The notes under the pieces were generated by a model. That model ran no database searches. It had not been told where the DNA came from and saw only the letters and a program-made list of their open reading frames with translations. From NCBI RefSeq assembly GCF_006345805.1, contig NC_043019.1, positions 13,887,360 to 13,951,359 of the forward strand: DNA of 64,000 nucleotides. The letters are read 5' to 3'. The position numbers and the translations under genes are program-made. Below, one piece after another: positions 52,466 to 64,000 of this stretch. Numbering within the stretch: the first letter of the stretch is position 1; each line of letters begins with the position of its first letter. The DNA is from Octopus sinensis (Eukaryota).

Positions 52466-54757
52466 CATCGACCCTCGTAAAGGATGAAAGCCAAGATTTA
52501 ACACCGGCGGAATTTGAATTCAGAATGCAAAGAGCAGTTAGAAATGCTGCTAAGCTTTTTCTCTAGCGAGCTAACGATTTGGCCAGCTCGCCACCTTTAA
52601 TAAATATAGCAGCCTGCTAAATATTAGTTTCAAATTTTAGACACAAGGCCAGCAATTTCGGAAGAGGGGCTAAGACGATTACATCGACCCCAGTGCTCAA
52701 CTGGTACTTATTTTACCGACCCCGAAAGGTTGAAAAATAAAGTCAATCTTGGCGGAATTTGAACTCAGAACGTAAAGATGGACGGAATGTCATGAAGCAT
52801 TATGTCCGTCGTGCTAACGATTCTGCCAGCTTACCGCCTTAAGTGGTTTCAAATTTTGGCACAAGGCCAGCAATTTTGGGGAAGGGGCTAAGTCGATTAC
52901 ATCGACCCCAGTGCTCGGCTGGTACTTATTTTATCGACCTCTAAAGGATGAAAAGCAAAGTCAACCGTGATGGAATTTGACCTCGGAACGTAAAGACGAC
53001 GTGCTAACGATTCTGAGTCACTGCCTTAAACCTGCTAAATATTCTTTTGTACTCTAGGCACAAGGCCCGAAATTTTTGGGGGTGGGGAGGAGACCAGTCA
53101 ATTAGATCGACTCCAGTACGCAACTGGTACTTAATTTATCAACTCCAAAAGAATGAAAGGCAAAGTTGACCTCGGCGGATATTTGAAGTCACTATATTCT
53201 TTTCTACTCTAGGCACAAGGCCCGAAACTTTGGGGGAGGAGGCCAGTTGATTAGATCGACCCCAGTACGTAACTAGTACTTAATTTATCGACCCCAAAAA
53301 GATGAAAGGCAAAGTCGACCTCGGTGGAATTTGGAAAACCTGATAAATATTGCACCCAAATCTTCTTTAAGTCATACCCAAAACCTTAATGAATGAAAGC
53401 ACACACCAGACACCGGACAGGAAGGTCAAGGGTAGAACGCCTTTGATCTTAGGTCCGCTTGATCAAGGATTACTTGGGGTTAAACAAAAACAACGACTCT
53501 GGCGACATTTTACTGACTATTTAATCCCACCCTCTCCGCTTCTGTTATTATCTCCACCCGCTCATCCCACCCGTATCTCTTCTACCAATACTTGTGGCTA
53601 CAAAACCACAGGTAAGAGCAACTGCTAAACCAACCAAAACTAGCTTACACTCCTTCACCTCGAAGATTTATAACCGTATCCTCCTCCAGTACCACCACAC
53701 CACCACCACCACCACCACAGCTTCCACCCCGTTTTTTTTTTTTGTTACTGTAAACCTTTTTTTTTTCTTTTTCTTTTTACGTTTGGTGGATTCGGTTTCA
53801 ACTCACGTGGAAGATCGTAGCAACAGGTAATAAATTACTATAATCATTTTCTCCAACACCGCGCCATCAACACTAGCATTGCCACAAAGGCGGCGGCGGC
53901 AGTGGTGGCGGCGGTACCACAACCACCACCACATACACCGTCACCACTACCTCCACCCTCGCCACCACCATCACTCCGATCTCTACCACCACCACCACCA
54001 CCACTACCACCACTACAACCACCACCACATCCTCCACTTCCACCACCGCCATTCACCACCATCAACATCACTACCACTACTACTACTACTACTACAATTA
54101 ATGATAATACCAGCATCGCTGTCATTAAACGTCACCATCACAAAGACGTTCCCAAACCACCCAAGAACTGCTGCTGCTACTGCTACTGCTACTACTACTT
54201 ACTACTACTACCCCCGAGCACCATACTCCGCAACACTACCTTCACCGGCACCAACACTACCACCATCGGCACCACAACCGCCACTGCCACCACTGCCACC
54301 ACTGCCGATATCACTGTCATCAACACAACCGCCGCAAATACCATCGCAAACCACTCAGCAACCACTACTGTCACCAATGCTTATGCCGTCAACACAAGCA
54401 CTACCATCACTACCTATACCGCCAAAAATACCTCTTTCTTTATTACCCACAAGGGGCTAAACACAGAGGGGACAAACAAGGACAGACATAGGTATTAAGT
54501 CGATTACATCGACCCCAGTGCGCAACTGGTACTTAATTTATCGATCCCGAAAGGATGAAAGGCAAAGTCGACCTCGGCGGAATTTGAACTCACAACGTAA
54601 CGCAGACGAAATACCGCAAATACCATCGCAGACCATCCAACGTACTGCTAACAATCAATATTATTGCCATCGTTACTCTGTCTGCTGTCATCATCTTCAT
54701 CATCATCATCATTATCATCATCATCACTATCACCTCCATGAAATTTAGCAACCCCAC

Positions 54758-54808
<51 letters not shown>

Positions 54809-54949
54809 TTAGGTTGTCCCAAAAGTTCGTAAACACTTGCGAAAATTGAATTTTTACTCGCCAAGTACTAACAAAAACAACAAAAATTATTCCTCAAAAT
54901 AAAGACCATTATTTTCCAAGACTTTCTACGAACTTTTGGGACAACCTTA
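54809..54949. mobile_element. Mariner-type MITE
   Basis: TA|TTAGGTTGTCCCAAAAGTTCGTA...TACGAACTTTTGGGACAACCTTA|TA. Confidence 0.85.
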
Positions 54950-55930
54950 TAATAATAATAATAAATGCCCTGATGCAGTACCAGGTAGTGGCTCTCATGG
55001 CTTCTGATCTTAACTGATTGGATGTGTTATCATGTACATTGTTTTGTCTTGGTATAAAAGATGGGCTACAGCAAATATTCTGCTCAATACCACAGATTTG
55101 CTCGTCAGTTGCTTGACCTTAACCAATTGAACATGTCATTTAGTGGCAATTTTGAATATATCGCTCATGTTTAAAATGTCTTACCTACTTGACAATTGCA
55201 TTTCTAGCTCTGCCTTGAGGGAAGCTTTACTTCTTGGACTCACGTTTTTGTGCGCAACGATGTTGTTAAGCCTACCTTAACAGCACCATATGCAGGAAGA
55301 ACGAACTCGAATACTATGCGGTTGCAAAACGAATCTCTTCACCGTACATCCATATCTGCGCAGGTCAATGATTTTATATTTCGTATAGATTAACTTCCTA
55401 AATCGCTATATTTGTTTAGGTAGTTAATAAAATGAATACAGTGATTCTATTTTGATACAAGTCTTATCAATATTGGTTCTCGATTTGGTGATTTATTGAC
55501 ACAGCCACAAATTGCTGAAGCTTAAATAAACCGTTTCTCTATCATGTATAAAGCTACATACATACATACATACATACATACATACATACATACATACATA
55601 CATACATACATACATACATACATACATGTATGCATGTGTGATTGAATTTATGTGTGATTGAAATTGAATTAATATATTTTCTTTGTGGATATTTGGTAAA
55701 ATGATAGTGTTAGAGAATTCTTAATTAGTATTCAATTAAATTACTTAGGTTTATTAAAAGTTAAATATAATGTTAAAAGGAGCATTATGGTGTGGATATA
55801 TTTACTAAGTTTTAAAATTTGTATAAATTTAAAGTTGCTTAAGTGTTAATATGTATTGTAAATTAAATAAAGCAAAAGAATTCGGCGAAAGTTAATTGTG
55901 TTTGTTTATCAAAAATATTACATTACATCC

Positions 55931-55970
<40 letters not shown>

Positions 55971-58750
55971 CATCAACAGAGGTAGACTGAGTCCATCACC
56001 CAGTTTAACACCACCGCCACTTGTTACCAGTATCTATTTCTTTACTACCCCCAAGGGGCTAAACACAGAGAGGACGAACAAGAACAGAAAAACGGATTAA
56101 GTCGATTATATCGACCCCAGTGCGTAACTGGTACTTATTTAATCGACCCCGAAAGGATGAAAGGCAAAGTCGACCTCGGCGGAATTTGAACTCAGAACGT
56201 ATCGACAGACGAAATATCACTAAGCATTTCGTCCGGCGTCCTAACGATTCTGCCAGCTCGCCACCCTCATCTTGTAACCAGTATAGTCAATCTGAGGCTA
56301 TTGGAGAAGACAGTTGCTAAGAGTGTCATACCAGATTAACGAACTCCGAACCCTGTGGCGGGAAAACGAATCCCGTGGCTTTATATTTTGTATTAATAAC
56401 TTCCTAAATCAATATATTCATTTTATTCTAACACAAATCTTATCATTATCGGTTCCCGGTCCAATGATTTGTTGATACAGCCAAAAATTACCGAATCTTA
56501 AGTAACCGTTTTTGTATCATATATAAAGATGAATATATTACATGACAGACAAAGGGACAGATACACATGCATTATCAATTAGCAATCCATTACTCGGTTT
56601 AACACTCTCACCACCTATTAGTAGCATTATCAATCAGAGGCTCGGTAGAGGACAATTGCCAAAAGTGCAGTGCAAGGAGAACGAACTCGGATCTCCGTAG
56701 TTGCAAAAACAGAGACCCTAACCACATAGGCATGCTTGTGCAGTTCAGTGGTTTTATATTTTGACAGATAACTTCCTAAACCAATATACTGATTTTATTT
56801 TGAATCAAATCCTATTAATTTTTTTTCTTACGGAAGATGTTATTGAAGTTAACAGATCTAATTAAACAGACCTGTGATCAAAGTCATTAAATATTTTTGT
56901 ATGTTTAAGAGCATCTACGATTACACAATCTAATTTGTGTTTCTCCTATTTTATTATGATTGGGCATTGTTTGCGGTTGATCTGGCTGCTGTTTCAAACA
57001 AGTCGAACCATCACGTACAGGTGTGGTAGTCATCATTGTTAGTAAAGACCAAGGCGGCGATCTGGCAGAAACGTTAGCACGCCGGGCGAAATGCTTAGCA
57101 GTATTTCGTCTACCGTTACGTTCTGAGTTCAAATTCCGCCGAGGTCGACTTTGCCTTTCATCCTTTCGGGAACGATTATATAAGTACCAGTTACGCACTG
57201 GGGTCGATCTAATCGATTTAATCCGTTTGTCTGTCCTCTCTGTGTTTAGCCCCTTGTGTTATTGACCAAAAACCACTTCATTTCACGTTGCACCAGTGCG
57301 CTCAGCTCAAAATGGATAACTCTGCGTCGGAATAACTTTCAAAGGAAATATTGGCCTTGGTCAGAGCGGGGGTGGAATGTCGTTCGAAAGCCAAAACTAT
57401 GTGAAGCGCATTGTAGCCAGCGATGTATAACAACATCCCATAGTTTGATCGATGCCGTGATATATATATGTGTGTGTGTAATGAATTTATGTGTTTGTAT
57501 ATTTCAAATTGTATGCCACACTGTTCCACCTTCGGAACTGAAATTTTGAATAGAGGCACATTATTCAGTGACAAAGACCATAAGTTTATATTTCTTTTTC
57601 TGGTACTTTCTATATTCTTAGAGCACTTCTCACCCATTAAGAACATTCTATACCAGTCATAGGTAACATGAATTTTCTTTTTTTTTCTTTTAGCTGTAGT
57701 GCGGCTCGCCTAATGATGAGCCAAGCCTCATGTGACCCGCTTCACGAAAAATGTTGCCCATGTCTGTTCTACACCCACAAGCACCGATTACCAAAAGGAA
57801 TGGACGACTAAACAAGTATTAATTATGTCCTTTGATGAAAAAGCCCCGAGACAGACACAGTCCTAGAGAAATAACCCGGGGTAAGCCGCAGCTTGAGACG
57901 ATCACGTTGAAGAGATGGACCCGACCTGAAACAGACGCAGCTAAATAACAACTGTAAGCTTGTAAATTCCTATGATTAAGGTAAATACAGACGACACCTG
58001 TCTCTTCAATTCATTTGATTATTTATTACAATACAGGACAGTTGTTGCTATATATTTTATCGTGACTACTAGAAATGAAAGACTAGCGGTCCTCAAACGC
58101 GAAACCGCCACGTCTAATTTAGGGTTATTTAAATCTAAACAACTATTTACTTTTCACGTCAGTCCCTCATCAGTTGATATTATTATGCTGAAATATTGTC
58201 GAACACACGGAAAGTACTTAACGCTTGCTTGATTTTTCAGTAAAGAGACATGCAGCTCCTAATAAACTGTCGTATCCATAGCTGGAACGCCCCTGTTCGA
58301 AATGCTCTTGAAACGGTCGCCAGGTGTGTATAGCCATAACGCACAACTAAAGCCTCCTTGCCGACGACCCACCTAAGAAAAGGAAAGTACTTCATTACTG
58401 AATGTTGTCAACGAGCGAAGAACTTTATTAGTGTGTGCCTGAGTGTAACAGTGTGTATGTGTATGCGTGCCTGTATGTGGGAGTGTGTATGTGTTAGTGT
58501 GTGTGTGTGTGTGTAAAAGCTATTGAGCCAACCATGGCCGTGGCTTAACCAGCGGATACTTTATATCGGTCGTTGATATGACAGAAAGGAGACAACGAAT
58601 TAAGTTTTATTACAGCAAGAGCTGAAAAGCGCGAAGATTATCTTTCACCGGTGCGTGACTCTGGTTGTTGTGTTATTACCTTTGCTGTTTAACCTTATTA
58701 AGAAGAAGTAATGAACTGAGATATCAACAACTGGTCGATGGCAACAGTCG

Positions 58751-58826
<76 letters not shown>

Positions 58827-58886
58827 TATTAGGGTAATTCAAAAATCAAAAGCCCCTTTAAAATGGGATTAATATAATATACAGCC

Positions 58887-58917
<31 letters not shown>

Positions 58918-59033
58918 CACATATAACAATTATATATACATATACATATATATATCACATATACAATTATATATACATATACATATATATACACATATAC
59001 AATTATATATACATATATACAATTTATATACAT

Positions 59034-59064
<31 letters not shown>

Positions 59065-59170
59065 GATATTATATATATATACATATATATATTTATATAC
59101 ATACATACATATATATATTGTATATATATATTATATATATTTATTACATATATATATCTATATATATATG

Positions 59171-59201
<31 letters not shown>

Positions 59202-59205
59202 TATC

Positions 59206-59240
<35 letters not shown>

Positions 59241-59305
59241 GGGTAATTCAAAAATCAAAAGTCCCTTTAATAATGGCATTATAATATACAGATATATATT
59301 ATATA

Positions 59306-59344
<39 letters not shown>

Positions 59345-59760
59345 TATATATTATAGCATTTATATTAATAAATAGGTCGGTTGGGCATCTTAATGTTCGT
59401 TTCGTCTAACCTCCTCTTCCTTCCTCCACCACGCTTTTCATTCTCCTTTTAACACCCATTACTCTCCACCAAGCTACATACAATAAAACTCTCTGACTCC
59501 ACCACGCCCTTCATTGATTGCCAGGACTTAAATATCCCAGGATAGCTGATCTTCTGTCTTGCTGTTCATATTGATTGTCACCCGGGCCACCACGAGCAGT
59601 TGTACTTAAAATGCCAGGACAACTGAACACGAGATAACCATTATATTTGTGCCACTTTTAGAACAATGATATATATAAGAGTTTTTCTTCGAAACATCTT
59701 GTTAGATGCATTATGCTTAAAAGCACCCCGTACATCAAGCTAAGCGAGACGAAATCACAC

Positions 59761-59853
59761 CGGTAGTGAAAGGGAGTAGCAGATATCAATATTTCGAGGT
59801 CGTTTCCGCTCTTCTGTTCAAGGAACTCGTCCACTGAAACGACTCGCTTCGGC
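59761..59853 (-). other. Candidate orphan exon (93 nt, phase 2-2)
   Basis: acctcttacag|G...CCG|gtgtga. The single open frame reads PKRVVSVDEFLEQKSGNDLEILISATPFHY; family not recognised. Confidence 0.3.
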
Positions 59854-60045
59854 CTGTAAGAGGTATTTATACAAATAGTGTAAAAGCTATTTGCTGATGT
59901 GCAAATGCGTTGCACAAGGAAAACAAAATTCTAATTTTCTTTAACGCAGCTTAACTCAACGCGAGGCGAAACGAAATCGTCCCGGAAGTAAAAGAAAGTG
60001 ACAGCTACCGATACACATACTTCTATCGATCTATCTATCTAGCTA

Positions 60046-60099
<54 letters not shown>

Positions 60100-60100
<1 letters not shown>

Positions 60101-60226
60101 AGTGTGTCCGTAACGTCATGGTAGGATTTCAAACTATTTATTGATGTAACTGTATGAAATGTGTTGTATTGCAAGTTGCATTAATAAACAGTTCTGAAAT
60201 CCTAATATGACTTTACAGACACACTA
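60100..60226. mobile_element. Tc1/mariner-type MITE
   Basis: TA|CAGTGTGTCCGTAACGTCATGGTAGGATTTCA...TGAAATCCTAATATGACTTTACAGACACACTA|TA. Confidence 0.75.
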
Positions 60227-60315
60227 TATACACGCGCGCGCGCTCATACACACACACACACACACACACACATAGAAAAAGGAGACAAATGCTCAAAATA
60301 TTATTTATATCTGCA

Positions 60316-60408
60316 TATCTCCTACATATGTTTCGATGGATGCATCCAAAATACGTCCGACAGGATGAATAATGGTCAGATATGTATCGATCTTTTCAGG
60401 GAGGATAC
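60316..60408 (-). ncRNA. Degenerate hammerhead motif with long stem II insert
   Basis: cucc-CUGAAAA-GAU...AUC-GAAA-cauaug-UA-ggag. Palindromic stem III; the G8A core change is probably inactivating. Confidence 0.45.
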
Positions 60409-60470
60409 AAATAACAGTACTCATCAAACAGACATTTTAATAGATATATGACGCCCCAGAAAATGTGACG

Positions 60471-60510
<40 letters not shown>

Positions 60511-61115
60511 TACACACACACATATATATATATACATATATGCAAACACGCGCACACACAATCTATACATCTTTCTTCACTTTCAGCTTTGTATTTCGAC
60601 TATAATTACCTACTTTAACCTATGTAATATCAATACTAAGGACTTAATCTACAACTATTCCGGGAGTATACCACAACCGTATAGTCATTCCTGAACCGAT
60701 CTTTTATTGATCACTTGTGATTCATATTCCTTTAAGAAGGCATTTCCCCCTCATCATTTATATAAATAAATATTTTAATGTCATAAGCTGAGCAGATACC
60801 ATTTGTTTGGCTGTCTATACTTTTAGTTTAATACACAGATACACAAACACCATGCCGCTCACAGTGAATGGGCTTCTACGTGGTTTCTCCACCTTCCGAA
60901 AATAGCAGCCAAATCCCTCTCAACTTACATATTAAAAACTTAAAGGATATATGTATTGGACACGATGCTGTTGATATACAAAAATATATGGCCACGGCTG
61001 GATTGCCGCTTTGATCAATAAGGTTTATTCGGTCAGGGTTGACTGAGGTACACAACAACAACAAGAACAACAACAGCGGCATAACTTCCTCACCACCGAC
61101 GCCACCACCACTCAC

Positions 61116-61163
61116 GAAGACCATCGTATTGTCGAAAGTATCAGAAATGGACAGGAAGATAAA
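61116..61163 (-). other. Candidate orphan exon (48 nt)
   Basis: ttttttgttgttgttag|TTT...TTC|gtgagt; frame-compatible with 59853-59761. Confidence 0.3.
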
Positions 61164-61401
61164 CTAACAACAACAAAAAAATCAACGTGACACCGCAGGG
61201 TGAGAGTAAGAGGATACGATCTTCCCCGGTGGCTAAAGGTACTCACTCACACACACACACAACAACGTGTTTCTATATATCAATAACGAAAGAGTTTATT
61301 TCATGTGAACTGCGGTTCAATAAGTTTTTCAAATTTCGACAGTTTTTATTTGATCTTGATTCCCCACTCTTTTTTACCTACTTCTCTCGTGCACATTCGA
61401 A

Positions 61402-61432
<31 letters not shown>

Positions 61433-63102
61433 ATCTCTCCATTTGTTTCTACCTGACCGTCTCGTTCTTTTCAGTATTAATTCAACCAAACATGATTTTT
61501 TTTACCCTTTAGTGTTCAGATTATCCTATTAAACATAATACTTATTGATTCCCATTGATTTGAATTAATCATGCATTATCTCATATCTTCAAGATCTTGA
61601 TGGTGTGATTACTTAATGTAGAATAACATTGTAGGGTAGGTGTGAGAGCCTGGATCTGGTCAGTTTGAACATAAAACAGATTAAATATTTTGGCCGGATA
61701 TGGCCGGTTTAAATACTAAAGGATTAAACACTCAAATAACTTATGCGCGCGTGCGTGTGTGTGTGTATACATATGCGTATATATATTTGAGGGGTTACTG
61801 AAAAGTTCCTGGTTTTCGGTAAAAGAAAATACAGGAGGAGGATCAGTTATGATTTTATTCAACATATTCTCCTCTCTGATTCACAAACTTATTGCAGGGA
61901 TCGCCACCCCACCCGCTGCCGGAGCCTCGTGGAGCTTTAGGTGTTTTCGCTCAATAAACACTCACAACGCCCGATCTGGGAATCGAAACCGCGATCCTAC
62001 GACCGCGAGTCCGCTGCCCTAACCACTGAGCCATTGCGCCTCCATCGATAACATAAGTACTAGTTGAATATTGGGGTCGATATAATCGACTTACCCACCC
62101 CACCCCGACAAAATTGCTGGCCTTGTACCAAAATTTGAAGCCAATATATTTCTTCACAAGAAAATCAAACAGGATTTAGTGAAAATAAATAGAATTATTT
62201 CGAAAAGAGAACTTGGTCCGTTGTTACATTCTAAATTCGTGATGCAATATAGACGGAATAGCGACGAAGGGATTTCACAGGTTCACACGATGCATTTGAT
62301 ATCTAACTCCCTTTTGACCTTTGCTTTGCTAGAACCTTCCCTCGGCTGTTGAGAGATAGAGAGGTGAGGTGAGACAGCTTCGACTGTGACAACAGAGAAG
62401 ATTATTAATAAACAAATGAAAGAAAGCTAGTGGTGAGTTGTGACGGAATCAAATGATGGAACAACTGTGCTGTTGTGTTGTGGCTGACCTACACAAGTCT
62501 CGGATCACTTCCAGCACTAATGACTCCTTGTCTTCACCGAAATAAATCTTTAGAAGATGACGTGAATAAAGTTGGCGCTTATCAAAGAGGAAATAGCAAC
62601 GGCAACTCTAGACAGAGGGCTGGACCTAATAAATAAGTAAGCAAACACCAAACTATTAACAGGTTCAAGGCGAGCAGTGATTTGCCGGCTTTCATAGAGA
62701 ATTAACTTCGCGGCGAGGTAGGGCCTGGCCCTGTTGGTTTGATTTCTATGACAAATAGCTGCGGATAAGGTGGAGAGCTGGCAGAAACGTTAGCATGGCG
62801 GGCGCAATGATTAGCGGTAGTTTGCCTCTATTTCATGTTTTGAGTTCAAATTCTGCCAAGGTCGACTTTGCTTATAGGTTCAGGAGTGGCCGTGTGGTAA
62901 GTAGCTTGTTTACCAACCACACGCTTCCGGGTTCAGTCCCTTTGAGTGGCACATTGGGCAAGTGTCTTCTACTATAGCCTCGGGCCGACCAAAGCCTTGT
63001 GAGTGGATTTGGTAGACGGAAACTGAAAGAAGCCCGTCGTATATAGGTATATATGTGTGTGTGTGTGTGTGTGTGTATGTGTGTGTGTGTATGTGTGTGT
63101 GT

Positions 63103-63139
<37 letters not shown>

Positions 63140-64000
63140 GACAACCGATGCTGGTGTGTTTACGTCCTCGTTACTTAGCGGTTCGGCAAAAGAGACCGAT
63201 AGAATAAGTACTGGGCTTACAAAAAGAATAAGTCCCGGGGTCGAGTTGCTCGATTAAAGGCGGTGCTCCAGCATGGCCGCAGTCAAATGACTGAAACAAG
63301 TAAAAGAGTAAAAGAGTATATATCAATGCTTGCGTTCTTTCACTGGTTTTAGCTAGTGGTGTACGCCCATGCTGGGGCACAACTTTGAAGAGGCTTTAAG
63401 TTTAACCTATTGATTGAAGTGCTTCAGTTTGGCTCATGTTTTAGAGTACACTATTTGTCAACCCGCGTGGCTAAGTGGTTAGGGATGTTGAACTCATGAT
63501 CGTAAGGTTGTGGTTTCGATTCCTGAACCGGGCGATGCGTTGTGTTCTTGAGCAAAACACTTCATTTCACGTTGCTCCAGTCGACTCAGCTGGCAAAAAT
63601 GAGTAATCCTGCGACGGACTGGCGTCCCGTCCAGGAGGAGAATTTCTACGCCACTGAAACCGGGGAACCGGCCCTTATGAGCCTGGCATGGTTCAAAAAG
63701 GAACATTTTAAAAAAATTATTTGTCAACCCGCCAGGTTACGGGACTCATAAAAGGAACGCAGCGTTAAAAATGCCCGTTTGGTAGAAGGGAGAACGTACA
63801 CAAACATGTATAAATGTGTGGGTGTATGTATGTGGGTGTATATAAATGTGTATGTATGTGCGTGTGTAAATAGCACATGGCTCAGTGGTTAGAGCGTCGA
63901 CTGACGATCGTGAGGTTGTGAGTTCGATCTCCGGACCTATTTCTCTTCATGAATTGAAATTTCGAACTATAATCGAACAAATGAAGTCCTAAACATTGAT

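Overview
AT-rich, microsatellite-saturated eukaryotic DNA. The repeat repertoire (tRNA-derived CORE/Meta/Ceph-type SINEs, (TA)n/(CA)n/(TACA)n tracts) points to an octopus or other coleoid genome; this is inferred from remembered repeat families, not from a search. Almost all ORF-track entries are microsatellite or SINE artefacts. Two genes can be reconstructed. (1) The last two coding exons of a + strand SDR16C-type short-chain dehydrogenase/reductase (retinol dehydrogenase-like; 5939-6064 and 10216-10483) with a long C-terminal tail. (2) A convergent - strand gene that the ORF track does not assemble: six phase-consistent exons (36907-36795, 35792-35759, 33418-33370, an 11-nt microexon 32741-32731, 25249-24958, 24095-23993) encoding a ~200-aa putative secreted precursor with signal peptide, RR site and a 14-cysteine domain; its first exon needs a 1-nt correction. 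The window also holds several Penelope-type minimal hammerhead ribozyme motifs (two of them in the arms of a ~610-bp fold-back tRNA-SINE-like element), two divergent copies of an unidentified covarying multi-helix RNA motif, MITEs, a Helitron, LINE and mariner fragments, and several tandem arrays.
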